From a virus (taxonomy: Duplodnaviria > Caudoviricetes): a stretch of DNA of 64,000 bases. The notes under the pieces were generated by a model. The model did no database searches. It was given only the letters and a program-made list of their open reading frames with translations, and was not told the origin of the DNA. Shown in pieces: positions 27,039 to 37,389 of this stretch. Made by a program: the position numbers and the translations under genes. Within the stretch, counting starts at the first letter, position 1; each line of letters begins with the position of its first letter. The stretch is from IMG/VR virus record IMGVR_UViG_3300023174_000037; one strand, 5' to 3'.

Positions 27039-27521
27039 TTAACTGCCTTCGACTGCTGAGCTTGCTGTGCCAAGTTCTCTTGCGGTAAAATTACTACCAG
27101 TAATAGTTAATTTATTGCCGGCGCCCACATAAACTTGTTGGCGATTGTTAGCAGCCACTTGCACGTTGGCACTGTATAAGTTGCCTTGGTTGCCTGTGGT
27201 CAATGTGTATGAGCCGGTGCTGTTTGCTGTTGCATTGGCACTCATAACAAGGCTTTGGCCGTTGACTGCACTGATCACGGTGACTGTGTTGGCAACACCA
27301 GTGCCGGTTACAAATGTAGATCCAATCAATACTTGACTGGCGTTTGTTGAAATCATAACATTGCTAGCGGTTGTTACTGTACCAAGAATACCCACAGTAG
27401 GATTGCCTGCTTGCATGACATAGGTGTTGTAAGTTACAGCAGTATTACCTGTGACAATTTCGCATTTATCAGTATACCATACTGCATTTGATACTGCGGT
27501 GTAAACGTTTGCTTGAGCCAT
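27039..27521 (-). CDS. Thr/Asn/Ala-rich putative structural protein
   Basis: Start MAQANVYTAV at 27521, immediately after the upstream stop. Confidence 0.6.
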   Translation of the reverse strand: MAQANVYTAVSNAVWYTDKCEIVTGNTAVTYNTYVMQAGNPTVGILGTVTTASNVMISTNASQVLIGSTFVTGTGVANTVTVISAVNGQSLVMSANATANSTGSYTLTTGNQGNLYSANVQVAANNRQQVYVGAGNKLTITGSNFTARELGTASSAVEGS

Positions 27522-27526
27522 TTTTA

Positions 27527-29650
27527 TTACCCTTTGTAATTTTGCCAAGTCTTGAACAAACTACGTTCAAGTGCAATTGACTCTTCCATACTGGCCTGCC
27601 GGCGCAATTGACTAGCAACAACCGGAACTGTTGTTTGTCCAGTTGACTTAGAACCATTCAATCCGCCCGAGTAAGTGCGGAGGTTAGGATCTGCATCTAA
27701 TGTTTCTGTGTTGGTTGGCCAGTCTGGTGCATTTTCATCAACAACTTCTGCACAACCACATGGACTACCACCGCATGATGGGCAAGGCTTAGGAATTTGA
27801 TTGTCAAGGCCGGCTAATTTTAACAACATCATTAACTTGGCTGCATCTTCGCCGTCGGCTTGTATAGTAATTCCTGGCTCCATGTTACCGTCGCCACATT
27901 CTTGCATCTTGGACTCGATAGAAATGCTTTCGTTTAGAGCCTGCGTGAATTGTCGGTTGTAGTTTTCGTAAACACCTTTGCCAAAAGTCATACCACCCTT
28001 GCTTGACTTGCCACTTGCAGTTGCAGTAGCTACGCTACCAGACACGGTTGTTTCGTCAACTTTTTCTTCTTTCTTATCGTCTTTCTTTTCTTTACGATCT
28101 TTCTTGTCATCGTACTCAATGTCTTTGGTAACTTTCTTGCCGGCCTTTTCAGCTCGGTTGTCGTCTTTACCTTTGTGACCTTCGTCGTATTCGATATCTT
28201 TGGCTACTTTCTTGCCGGCTTTCTCTGCCTTGGTATCTTCTTTGTCAGTAGACTCTTCATCCACTGCTGTTTTGCCTTTGGACATTACCTTGATTACTTT
28301 GGCAGCTTTTCTAGCCGCAGGAGCAAGTTTATCAAAGAATTCGCGCTTACCAGCTTCAACTTTTTGTTCGTCAAGTTCTGGTTCCATACCTTGTTCTGCA
28401 CCACGCTCGTGTGATGAAATAATGTAATCACTTACACTGGTCATCATGCCTTTGATCTGGCCAATTTTTTCAATTACCCAAGTTGGTAAATTTTCTGCGT
28501 CTCGTAAATGCTGTTCAAGTTTTTCTGCATGACGAATAACAGTGTGCAAAGAATCTTTGGTCATGTCGCCTTCTTGATCATACTCGCTGGGATTGTATCC
28601 TTCACTGCTCATGTTGCTAGGACGAGTCATCATAACGCCGTCGCTGTCGAGCCCTTCTTTGGTTTTTTCTTTCTTGACACGCTTGCCGTCAACAGCTTTG
28701 TATTTGTGACTGCCTTTGGTTACACGCTCTTCATCTTTTGATCTAGCAGATGGCGGACGTCCTTTTTTCTTAGGACCGTCGGATACCGCAGCTTTTTTCT
28801 TGTTCTTTAAGTTGCCATGCTCATCATAGTCATCGTCATTGCCGGTGTCGTCACGGTCACTACGATAGCCGTACTTTTTGTGACGGTTGCGTTCGCTTTC
28901 ACTGTCGGTATTGCTACCTTTCATTGAACCTTGTGCGCCTTTTAGCAATCTCATATCCAATTCTTTAAGTGGCAACTCTTTGCCGCCTACACGAATCTTC
29001 TCACCTTTTTGTATACCATCACGCTTGGCATCCACTACAGCTTTGCTAAATGCATTGCCTTCGTCAGTCATGCCCTGACTCTCGTCATACTTGTCGTACC
29101 GGTTGCGAATGTTGCTCATGGTCTTAGCACTGGCATTCTCACGACCAGCCTTTTGCAAGGCTTTCATACCCGCATCACCGTATTTCTTTTTGCCAATGGC
29201 TGCTTGAAATGCTGATTCTTCCATGTTGTTACATTCACATGGTGAGCAATCACAAGCAGGACACATGCCTTCTTCGAGATTGCTGGTATCTTTAAATGTC
29301 TTGTCGCCTAATTTAAAACTGCCACCTTTTGGTGTTTTGGCCAATGCACCAGTAAATGCATTACCTTCTTCCATGTCGCCTTCTTCAACTTGACCTTTGG
29401 CTCGCATCTTTGCCAACTGTGCGCCGGCAATACGGGCACCTTTTTCACCACCGCCTGTTTTCTTGGCCAACGCTGCAAAACCTGTAGTAGCATTGTTGTG
29501 CTTGCCTAGGTCACGCTCATTAAGTGCTTGTGCCAATGAACCCTTCTTGGGTGTCTGAGGAACAGCAGCCGAATGCTCTGCAAGATGTTGAGCATCTTGC
29601 TTGTCAGCCAGTTGAGCCAATCGTTTGTTTAGGTCGTAAAAAAATGTCAT
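27527..29650 (-). CDS. Charged low-complexity protein, putative prohead core/internal protein
   Basis: Start MTFFYDLN with GAGGA RBS; many xxE motifs; internal repeats EGNAF and EKAGKKVxKDIEYD. Confidence 0.6.
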   Translation of the reverse strand: MTFFYDLNKRLAQLADKQDAQHLAEHSAAVPQTPKKGSLAQALNERDLGKHNNATTGFAALAKKTGGGEKGARIAGAQLAKMRAKGQVEEGDMEEGNAFTGALAKTPKGGSFKLGDKTFKDTSNLEEGMCPACDCSPCECNNMEESAFQAAIGKKKYGDAGMKALQKAGRENASAKTMSNIRNRYDKYDESQGMTDEGNAFSKAVVDAKRDGIQKGEKIRVGGKELPLKELDMRLLKGAQGSMKGSNTDSESERNRHKKYGYRSDRDDTGNDDDYDEHGNLKNKKKAAVSDGPKKKGRPPSARSKDEERVTKGSHKYKAVDGKRVKKEKTKEGLDSDGVMMTRPSNMSSEGYNPSEYDQEGDMTKDSLHTVIRHAEKLEQHLRDAENLPTWVIEKIGQIKGMMTSVSDYIISSHERGAEQGMEPELDEQKVEAGKREFFDKLAPAARKAAKVIKVMSKGKTAVDEESTDKEDTKAEKAGKKVAKDIEYDEGHKGKDDNRAEKAGKKVTKDIEYDDKKDRKEKKDDKKEEKVDETTVSGSVATATASGKSSKGGMTFGKGVYENYNRQFTQALNESISIESKMQECGDGNMEPGITIQADGEDAAKLMMLLKLAGLDNQIPKPCPSCGGSPCGCAEVVDENAPDWPTNTETLDADPNLRTYSGGLNGSKSTGQTTVPVVASQLRRQASMEESIALERSLFKTWQNYKG

Positions 29651-29654
29651 TGTA

Positions 29655-30263
29655 TTATCCTCTTGGGTTGGCACCAGTTGCTGGACGTGGTGGGCGTTTT
29701 ATTTTAGTCATTGGACTTGTGTTGTCCATTGGAAAATCGTTTGTTGTTTTTGCAGGGGGTGTCTTGCCACCGGCCACAGTAAAGTCACTACGATATGCGT
29801 TCTTCAATACAGCATGTTTATTGTATGGAGCACTGTAATCTTTAATCAGAGCTTTTTGTTCTGCATCGGGTGCAGGGTAATCTGTGTCCGTCAATAGGTT
29901 TTTATTTTCAGCTTCTACTCGTTCACGCTCACTATCCATACCATCTTCGTGTGGCACAGTCAACATGATAATACGATTTGGATCTAAGAACAACAGCTGA
30001 GCAATTTCTTTGATCTGCGGCTCAATTGCTGGATATCGAAATTCTACATCCATGCTGGTCACGCTGTCGTTGCTGTGCTTAGGAAAATCAGCCGGTTTAA
30101 GCTGTACCGGAGTAGTCCGTGGCTTGGTGATTTTTACAACATCAAACTGTTTGAGTCGTTCTTCCAACTGTTTGATAAAATCAGGTGCAACATCACCTAC
30201 AATTTTAATTCTGTAATTGTAAGTTCTTTCGCTTTCTGCGAGGTATTGTTGAAAATTTTTCAT
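29655..30263 (-). CDS. Putative head-associated protein
   Basis: N-terminus MKNFQQYLAE; TAAATA 30282-30287 and RBS. Confidence 0.6.
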   Translation of the reverse strand: MKNFQQYLAESERTYNYRIKIVGDVAPDFIKQLEERLKQFDVVKITKPRTTPVQLKPADFPKHSNDSVTSMDVEFRYPAIEPQIKEIAQLLFLDPNRIIMLTVPHEDGMDSERERVEAENKNLLTDTDYPAPDAEQKALIKDYSAPYNKHAVLKNAYRSDFTVAGGKTPPAKTTNDFPMDNTSPMTKIKRPPRPATGANPRG

Positions 30264-30284
30264 CTTAGTATCCCTATATGATAT

Positions 30285-30773
30285 TTATGCTTTGATATTG
30301 TTTTGTGAGCTTGTGGCTATCAAGCGTTCAAGCAAATCATTGCGACTCAACACCTGCCCGTGTGCTGTAGGCATTGCTTCTTCGGGTGCATTACGCTGTT
30401 GGTCTTGATCCATTTTTAACTTTTTTAACTGCAAATCAACCATTTTTAACTTTTTGTTCAACTTGGTTGTTTTGGCTGTTAACGCATGTCCTAGCATACT
30501 GCTAGCCACAGCAAAGATTTCACTGGCATATCGGCTATCCACATTCATGCCCAAATCCATTAGATCATTGAATGTTTCTTGTGCTTTTGAAGCAAGTTCA
30601 TCAAGTTCTCGATCGCCGGTATCCAAGTCACGAACTGTGGGCAGGGCCGCATCAATTTTATCTATAGTGGCATCCAATTCGGCTATCTGAGTGCGTGTTT
30701 CTTCAGCTGTGGGATTGTCTTCAGCGGTTTCTGAAGGAGGGAAATCAAAAAGTTCTTCCAATTTTCTAGTCAT
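30285..30773 (-). CDS. Probable terminase small subunit (T4 gp16-like)
   Basis: NVDSRYASEIFAVASSML resembles gp16 NADSPRHMEVFATLMGQM; 162 aa; late promoter. Confidence 0.6.
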   Translation of the reverse strand: MTRKLEELFDFPPSETAEDNPTAEETRTQIAELDATIDKIDAALPTVRDLDTGDRELDELASKAQETFNDLMDLGMNVDSRYASEIFAVASSMLGHALTAKTTKLNKKLKMVDLQLKKLKMDQDQQRNAPEEAMPTAHGQVLSRNDLLERLIATSSQNNIKA

Positions 30774-30802
30774 ACCATATTTACCGTCGGTATGTTAGTC
30801 TA

Positions 30803-31237
30803 TTATTTCTTGCCGCCTTGATGGTAAATCATGTCTTCGTTAATGACCCTGAATGTAAGCCCGTTGCGTTTGGCCCATTTAGTAGCAGCATCCCACTTGG
30901 CGTAGTTTAATGCCACCACAGCCCGGTCGCGATCCGATGCTCGGCTTTCAAGTAGACTTTGTTTCTTGGGCTTGATTTCAATCAGTTCAGCAATGGTGGT
31001 GTTGTTGCGCCCACGATAGGTCACTAAAAAATCTGGGATATAAACGCTTTGTTTGCCAGTGAGCGGATTACGATATGGTATACGAATACTTTCACTGGCC
31101 CATTGCAGCACGTTGTCATTGCTGTCCAAGAACATCATAAAAGTAAGTTCCCACCCAGATCTGTATTTAGGAGTTCCTTTGCCAACATACTTGGCTGCAT
31201 TCTTTACTGTGTATGGGCCTTGGCGGAAGTTTGGCAT
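30803..31237 (-). CDS. gp4: Head completion nuclease (T4 gp4-like, PD-(D/E)xK)
   Basis: YRSGWE, WASE, IPY, PDF, EIKP. Confidence 0.85.
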   Translation of the reverse strand: MPNFRQGPYTVKNAAKYVGKGTPKYRSGWELTFMMFLDSNDNVLQWASESIRIPYRNPLTGKQSVYIPDFLVTYRGRNNTTIAELIEIKPKKQSLLESRASDRDRAVVALNYAKWDAATKWAKRNGLTFRVINEDMIYHQGGKK

Positions 31238-31239
31238 AG

Positions 31240-31605
31240 TTACGCCCTGACGTTTCTTGCTGTGTAAAAGTTAGGTGTAGATGGTGACAGCACACCCAAC
31301 AAAGTAGAAGGGCTACGTATGGTGTTGAGATAGTAGGCCATCAGTATGGTCACTTGCGGTTCACTGGATCCGTTTTCTTGAAATGTTTGTAACAAATCCA
31401 ACGCATTGGTATCGCTAAACTCTGCCACTCTAAATAAACTGCTGGTCATATTTTGTGCGGCAGCATCAGTCTTAAACACGCTTCTAAAGTAGCTCAATAC
31501 TGCATCAAACTCAGTGGCAGGTATGTTTGCATCATAATTGTAAAATTGATCAAAAATTCTAACAGTCTGATCAATTGAATAGTTAATAGCATTAACTGTG
31601 GTCAC
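31240..31605 (-). CDS. Hypothetical protein in tail operon
   Basis: 121 aa between the tube paralogue and gp4. Confidence 0.6.
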   Translation of the reverse strand: MTTVNAINYSIDQTVRIFDQFYNYDANIPATEFDAVLSYFRSVFKTDAAAQNMTSSLFRVAEFSDTNALDLLQTFQENGSSEPQVTILMAYYLNTIRSPSTLLGVLSPSTPNFYTARNVRA

Positions 31606-31607
31606 GG

Positions 31608-32822
31608 TTAACCTCCTCCAGATATGCTGGGATTAAATCCGGGTGTTCTAGTTGACACTGGTGGTGTAGGAAAGAATATACCACCACTGCTGGTAGTCAC
31701 TGGTTGAGTAGGTATACCCAACGGCGAGCTCAACGGACTTGAACCTGCACCTCGAATTATTCCAGGCAATGCACCACGAATAGTATTGTTAACAGCCTGT
31801 TTAACATCTGCGTTGGCCACACTTCTAAGGTTGACGTTTTTAAATGTGTTGTATGCTGTTGCAGCTTTTTGTGTTGCACCAATCAATCCGCCAACTCCAC
31901 CACTTTGCAAATCTTGCACAATACCAATGCCAGCGTCAAGCAGGCCGCCTTGTCCTAACACAGTCTGTGTGCTGCCGGGTCTGGCCAATGAGCTTGGTAC
32001 AGTATCATAGTATGCAGGATCTGCAAATCCTACCACGTTGGTGTCGGGTCTGGACTTGCCAATAGCACCAGTGTAGTATTTGACTGTTTCGTACCTTACT
32101 GTCATTCTGTGATTCATGGTACCAGAATTTTGACTGTAATCGTAGGTGTCGTGTTGCCAGTCAGTGATCAGTGGATTGATCAAGATGTATTCAGAAAACT
32201 TTCGTTGATTCATTCCATAGATGCGAATGTCTCTAAAGAACGGAGGTTTGGTATTTCCAGCACCACTTAACGGAACTCCACTGCTGTAACTCTCGCCGAT
32301 GTAACCCCAATCGTTGACCACTTGACTTGGATTATAAATGTCTCGGGCATTGTAATTGAAACCAGCAGGCGTACCAATTACCGCGGCCATTTGACCGTTT
32401 TGATTGGTTACGTTGTCATATGCTTGACTAGGATCTTTGTAGTAGTATTGAAAATAATTATACCACATGTTACGAATCAAATCACTGCCGTCATCATGAA
32501 ATTCAAACACGCAAGGATTGTATTCAATTTTGGTTTGAGCCAGACGTTTACGATTGTATTGATTGAGTGTATCAACACTCATTTGATAACTGGGCAACTG
32601 TGCGGTCTTGACCATGAGACCAATTGTAGCAGTATCTTCGTTGGGGAAAGCAGCCTGCAAGGCAGGCACTGCTCGGTTTATAGTAAAGTAAACGTGAAAT
32701 AAAAACTTCTGGCGAGGAGCATTTTCATATCCGTTTTGCAGGAATGTCTTGGCAGCATGGGAATAATCTTTTAACCCACTAGCCCCAACAAATCCTTTAA
32801 GGAAGTCTTGGCCCCAAGCCAT
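31608..32822 (-). CDS. Tail-tube-fold baseplate protein (gp48/gp54-like)
   Basis: gp19-like pattern VKTAQLPS...FEFHDD...WY.YFQYY...MTVRYE with extension. Confidence 0.55.
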   Translation of the reverse strand: MAWGQDFLKGFVGASGLKDYSHAAKTFLQNGYENAPRQKFLFHVYFTINRAVPALQAAFPNEDTATIGLMVKTAQLPSYQMSVDTLNQYNRKRLAQTKIEYNPCVFEFHDDGSDLIRNMWYNYFQYYYKDPSQAYDNVTNQNGQMAAVIGTPAGFNYNARDIYNPSQVVNDWGYIGESYSSGVPLSGAGNTKPPFFRDIRIYGMNQRKFSEYILINPLITDWQHDTYDYSQNSGTMNHRMTVRYETVKYYTGAIGKSRPDTNVVGFADPAYYDTVPSSLARPGSTQTVLGQGGLLDAGIGIVQDLQSGGVGGLIGATQKAATAYNTFKNVNLRSVANADVKQAVNNTIRGALPGIIRGAGSSPLSSPLGIPTQPVTTSSGGIFFPTPPVSTRTPGFNPSISGGG

Positions 32823-32828
32823 AATTGA

Positions 32829-33452
32829 TTAAACGCCTACGCCAGATGCCACGTCGCCGACTGTGCGTCCAATTAATGTACCAACACCTTCTCCTGCCAC
32901 TTGGTTTGCATTATCAAATGTAATGTTCATTGTGATAGTGGCTGCTTCACTTGTTCCATAGTTCAAGTCGTTGTAATTGACTGACTTGAGGTAGCAACCG
33001 TATAGTTCCCATGTTTCTAATGCAACAGGAACTGAAGTACCGTTACCACCATCTAGCACTTCAAACACTGTTAAGAATTTATAGTCAATACCCGAAGCAG
33101 CTGATGCCATTTCCATAAAGTCCAATTGTTTTTGTAATTGTTCGCCAACTAATCTAGACACGGCTCCACTGGCATCGTCACGTATGTTACAGGTAGCATC
33201 AGCCCAGGTGTATTTTCCAGCCAACTTGACCGTACTGTTATATATAGGAAGTGCAATTTCTGCAAACTCAACGCTGGGTCTAGTAAAATCAATAACTTGT
33301 TTAGTTAACTCAGTAACTGGTTGACTTACTCCAAAATTCTGAAAAGTAACCCGAAAGCGATACTTTAGTTTTGGCATTAACAAGCCTTGACTTGGAGTGC
33401 TTTGGTTACTGGCCAAAGGCACAGTCATTCTACTTAATGATGAAACAGCCAT
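32829..33452 (-). CDS. gp19: Tail tube protein (T4 gp19-like)
   Basis: YRFRVTF, RPSVEF, KLAGKYTW, IRDD; directly after sheath. Confidence 0.85.
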   Translation of the reverse strand: MAVSSLSRMTVPLASNQSTPSQGLLMPKLKYRFRVTFQNFGVSQPVTELTKQVIDFTRPSVEFAEIALPIYNSTVKLAGKYTWADATCNIRDDASGAVSRLVGEQLQKQLDFMEMASAASGIDYKFLTVFEVLDGGNGTSVPVALETWELYGCYLKSVNYNDLNYGTSEAATITMNITFDNANQVAGEGVGTLIGRTVGDVASGVGV

Positions 33453-33499
33453 GGTATTATCTCCTATATACTTTATTTATGGTATTCGTTGCCATGGTA

Positions 33500-36400
33500 T
33501 TAACTGGCAGTAGCCACTGTGCTGACACTAGAAGCAATTGCTCCAGTATTCTCAATACGCAACGGAATGTAGATAAATTCAACTGATTTAACTGGTTCAA
33601 TCGCAATATCCACATACAATTCGTTGGCATCAATGGTAGCTGGTGAATTATTGCTCAAATCGCAAACCACCAAGTAGTCGTAGATACCACGTTTTGCTAC
33701 CAAATCAAGCATCAAACTAGTGCAAGCGTTTGTGATTTGATTACGTGTGATTTGATCGTTGGGTTCAAACAAGTATTGATTACCGATTTCTTGTAACCGC
33801 CCACGGATAAATGCAACCAAACGTGCCACGTTGATACGATCCAGTGCAGAAGAAACGTTAGTAGCGGTCTTGTTACCAAAGTTGGTAATACCAACACCTG
33901 GAACAAACGTAATTGGGTTGATATCCAGTTGATACAATACGTCTCTCAGGGATTGACTTACCCCAATGGTTATAAATTCGCCAGTCTGACCATTTACATA
34001 ACCCAACAAGGCCGCATTGTCAATAACTCCACGCAGGGTTCCAGCCGGCGCTAACCAAGGATATGCAATTTCGTCACTACGAATAATTGTGCGAATCATC
34101 ATATGACTGGGTGGCTGAACCACTGGGCTACCCGACAAATCAGTAGTTTGGCAACTTGGATAGAATACACCCAAATATGGGTCAAAAGATCCTTGTCCAT
34201 CATTTGTGACTAATCCAGCGCCGCCGTTGTTTGAATGCCAGGTAGAGAGTGAAGTGCTGTCTGGTCCAAGACGTAATGGAGTGTCGCCAATTACAAAAGC
34301 TGTGTTTTTACGGTCATTGTTGAGTTCAACCATGTTGGTCATTAACTCGGGATACTGCGGACAAGCAATCAAATTAAACTGACGTTGTTCTTCTCGAATT
34401 TGCTGATTAGAATCTATTCCACTCTTGAGAGCGGCAACAATGATAGCACGTTGAGCCAATCGACCCATGTATGGGGATCCATCATTTCTATTACCACTGG
34501 CAGTGACCCAAGTATTAACCGTTCCGTTTTCAGCAGTTAACGAATACCAGTAAGTAGTATTGCTTGGTAGGTTTCCAGTTGAACTTTGTTTTGCCACATA
34601 AATTACACCATTGTAGTTAACAAAATCGTTGTAAACATATGCAGTAGTGTTGCTGTATACTGGAATATCAAAACTAGAAGTATTAAAATAATCTCCTTGG
34701 AACTCTTTTACATTAAATCCGCTTCTACGTGTGTTCCACAACAAAGTTCCTTGAGCATATAGTGTAGGTTCTGGAGCATCCAAGTCTAAGTAATTGCTAG
34801 TTAATAAACTAGTAATTGATGGTAACGCATCAGTGACCGGGTTGGCCTGACCGTTTGATGACCAACGAGCGTCAGCAAATACAATACCATTTTGTGTTGT
34901 TTGATCTGTGTTGTTAATTGTTACCCACTGATCTACTCCTTCTATATTACTCCAACGATTGATCAATGGATAGTTTTCTAAATCACTAGTGTCAATCCAT
35001 AAATCACCATACACCAATGGGCTTGCCGCTGTATTAGTTTGTGTGGTAGGAGCTGTGGTACTGAATATAGGACCTGTGGCATTGGTTAACGAAAGATTAT
35101 CACCACGAACATCATTGGTTACGTTTTGATAGCCTACCCATGCACCGTTGTTTTGAATCATGATGTCGGCTTGAGTAGTTGCTGAGTAATACCAATAAGC
35201 GCCATTAGCTGGATCTTGGTCTGGAGATGTACCACTGGCTGTGTAAGTAAATGTTGGCGAAGTTACCCAATAACTTAATACCAATCTACCACCATTTCCA
35301 GCACGACAGAATTGAGTGCTAGTGGTAAATCCAGCAGTTGTAACCGGGGTTCCTGTTAGATTTAACAAGGTAATATTGCCGCCTGCACTGTGAGTAAACA
35401 CAATTGCTCCTGCACTATTTACTGACGCACTTACATACGATGCAAATGTAGAACTACCAACTGCAGCACTAACTGCTGTCAAAAAGTCAGCTACAGTTGT
35501 TCCAGCCAACGTTGCTGTTACCGCGGGCGCAACCGCGGCTTGACCCGGAATAGTTGCAGAAATACTAAATGTATTCCCATTTGTAAACGGACCTGGTGTG
35601 TCATCTGATCCAGTTACAACTGTGGCTCCTGCAGAATATTTTTCAAACAGTTGGAGTCCCAATGTAGCCGGAGTGTTGAACTCTGGATTGATTACAGCTA
35701 CAGTTGTTCCAGCTGGAATATTTGTGCCACCACCAGATGGATCTAATGTGTAGGTGGCTTCATTTGCCGTTGTATATATGTTACATGCTTGTTGAACAAA
35801 AGTGCCCAATAGTGTGCTGTATTTTTTAAATGATAAATTAGCACCAAGATTTACACTGTTGGTACGTTGCCATACAGAACCAGTTGGTCTTGGTGTAGTG
35901 TCTGTGGATCTCCAACGTGGTGCTGAAAAGTTAGGAGCAGCTAAAAATGTAGGAGCATTATAAGTTCCGGCTGTAATTCCCAAATCTGCTAACACTGTTC
36001 CAGTACCTGCAGCAATAACAACATTACCAGCGGCATTATTAGCTGAATTGTCAGCGTAAATTTGTAATTTACCATCAACGTAGGCCGAATAAACACCAGT
36101 GATATTTCCTGAGTTAATAACGTTAGCAAACCCAGCTACTGTGTTGAGTGGACTAGCAGGAACTGTGATTGTGGTGCTGTTAATGGTGCATGTATTATTA
36201 GCAGTTAGTGTGGTCGGTGCCAGTGTACCTTGTATTGTAGTCCATGCTGTTTGCCAATCTGCACTGCCGACTTCAACCCAGGTATTGTAAGCGTCAGACA
36301 ATTGAGTAGAAGATGTTTGACTTGTAGTAGGGCCACCGCGCTTGTAATAACCAGGATTATTGACGTTAGTCGCAGTGATAGCATAATCACCAATGGATCC

Positions 36401-36943
36401 AATACTTTGTAACGGCACAGTTGACGCATTTTCAAGTTGAGTGGTATCTGTAATCACCAATGGAATTTGATTGGTGAAGGCAGCGGTAGTTTGATTCCAT
36501 TGGAACAATCCCCATAGACTGTTGGTTGTGTCTAACCAGTAAGTTCCATTAGGCGGAGTACCAACTGGACGAGTTAAGCTGGCTGTCAATGCAGACAAGT
36601 CAACATCAACACGTTGAACATACGCACGATTGGTAATGCCCAATGCGCTGTAAGCAGCCAATAAGCCGTATTCGTTCAGCTCGTAACCATTGATTGGCGT
36701 GCCAGCTGTGGTTTTATAAAAGAACGGAACACCAAACGTTGCAGATAAATCACGCTGGCTAGTAATTAAATATACTCTGTTAGCATTAGCTTGTAGTGTA
36801 CCTGCAGCAACACCTACGCCAGTGCCAGAAACTTTGTTCTGTGCAGTGGCAAGTAAAATATAAGGAACCGAGTTAACAGCGGCTGGTATATATTGACTTT
36901 CGTCAACAACTGTAACTTGAACGCCTGGTGATAAAAGTGCCAT
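33500..36943 (-). CDS. gp18: Contractile tail sheath protein (T4 gp18-like) with large insertions
   Basis: LSPGVQVTVVDES N-terminus; PWLAPAG.RG, INPI, G.KT, LDRINVARL, FEPND, IEPVKSVEFIYI C-terminus. Confidence 0.95.
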   Translation of the reverse strand: MALLSPGVQVTVVDESQYIPAAVNSVPYILLATAQNKVSGTGVGVAAGTLQANANRVYLITSQRDLSATFGVPFFYKTTAGTPINGYELNEYGLLAAYSALGITNRAYVQRVDVDLSALTASLTRPVGTPPNGTYWLDTTNSLWGLFQWNQTTAAFTNQIPLVITDTTQLENASTVPLQSIGSIGDYAITATNVNNPGYYKRGGPTTSQTSSTQLSDAYNTWVEVGSADWQTAWTTIQGTLAPTTLTANNTCTINSTTITVPASPLNTVAGFANVINSGNITGVYSAYVDGKLQIYADNSANNAAGNVVIAAGTGTVLADLGITAGTYNAPTFLAAPNFSAPRWRSTDTTPRPTGSVWQRTNSVNLGANLSFKKYSTLLGTFVQQACNIYTTANEATYTLDPSGGGTNIPAGTTVAVINPEFNTPATLGLQLFEKYSAGATVVTGSDDTPGPFTNGNTFSISATIPGQAAVAPAVTATLAGTTVADFLTAVSAAVGSSTFASYVSASVNSAGAIVFTHSAGGNITLLNLTGTPVTTAGFTTSTQFCRAGNGGRLVLSYWVTSPTFTYTASGTSPDQDPANGAYWYYSATTQADIMIQNNGAWVGYQNVTNDVRGDNLSLTNATGPIFSTTAPTTQTNTAASPLVYGDLWIDTSDLENYPLINRWSNIEGVDQWVTINNTDQTTQNGIVFADARWSSNGQANPVTDALPSITSLLTSNYLDLDAPEPTLYAQGTLLWNTRRSGFNVKEFQGDYFNTSSFDIPVYSNTTAYVYNDFVNYNGVIYVAKQSSTGNLPSNTTYWYSLTAENGTVNTWVTASGNRNDGSPYMGRLAQRAIIVAALKSGIDSNQQIREEQRQFNLIACPQYPELMTNMVELNNDRKNTAFVIGDTPLRLGPDSTSLSTWHSNNGGAGLVTNDGQGSFDPYLGVFYPSCQTTDLSGSPVVQPPSHMMIRTIIRSDEIAYPWLAPAGTLRGVIDNAALLGYVNGQTGEFITIGVSQSLRDVLYQLDINPITFVPGVGITNFGNKTATNVSSALDRINVARLVAFIRGRLQEIGNQYLFEPNDQITRNQITNACTSLMLDLVAKRGIYDYLVVCDLSNNSPATIDANELYVDIAIEPVKSVEFIYIPLRIENTGAIASSVSTVATAS

Positions 36944-37041
36944 AGTGAAAATCCTTTTTTCTAGTTATTAATATTTATATCAAAAGACAAAAACAAGAGG
37001 TAATTAAGGCCTTTGGTAAAGGTTTTCGTGGTAAATATATC

Positions 37042-37389
37042 ATGATTAGACCCATTTGTCCGGCATGTCGCCAGCGACCTTGCGCCATCAATTACTATCG
37101 TGACGAAGTCACACACTATCGAAATCGGTGTGGGCAATGCATTGCTAAAAATCGTAGTATTAAACCACCCGAACCCAGGTGGAAGACTGCAGGTTACAAG
37201 AAAAAGCCTGCATGTGATCGTTGCAGTTTTAGATCACGTTATGCCAGTCAACTACTGGTTTATCATGTGGATGGCAACCAGCATAACACTACTCTACGCA
37301 ATTTAAAAACCGTATGTTTAAATTGTGTAGAGGAAATTAAACGGATGGACCGTCCTTGGGTGCCTGGTGAGCTAGAACCAGATCTTTAA
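37042..37389 (+). CDS. Zn-finger/HNH-like protein
   Basis: Four CxxC-type pairs; HVDGN...N...CLNC; TAAATA 4 nt upstream of ATG. Confidence 0.7.
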   Translation: MIRPICPACRQRPCAINYYRDEVTHYRNRCGQCIAKNRSIKPPEPRWKTAGYKKKPACDRCSFRSRYASQLLVYHVDGNQHNTTLRNLKTVCLNCVEEIKRMDRPWVPGELEPDL

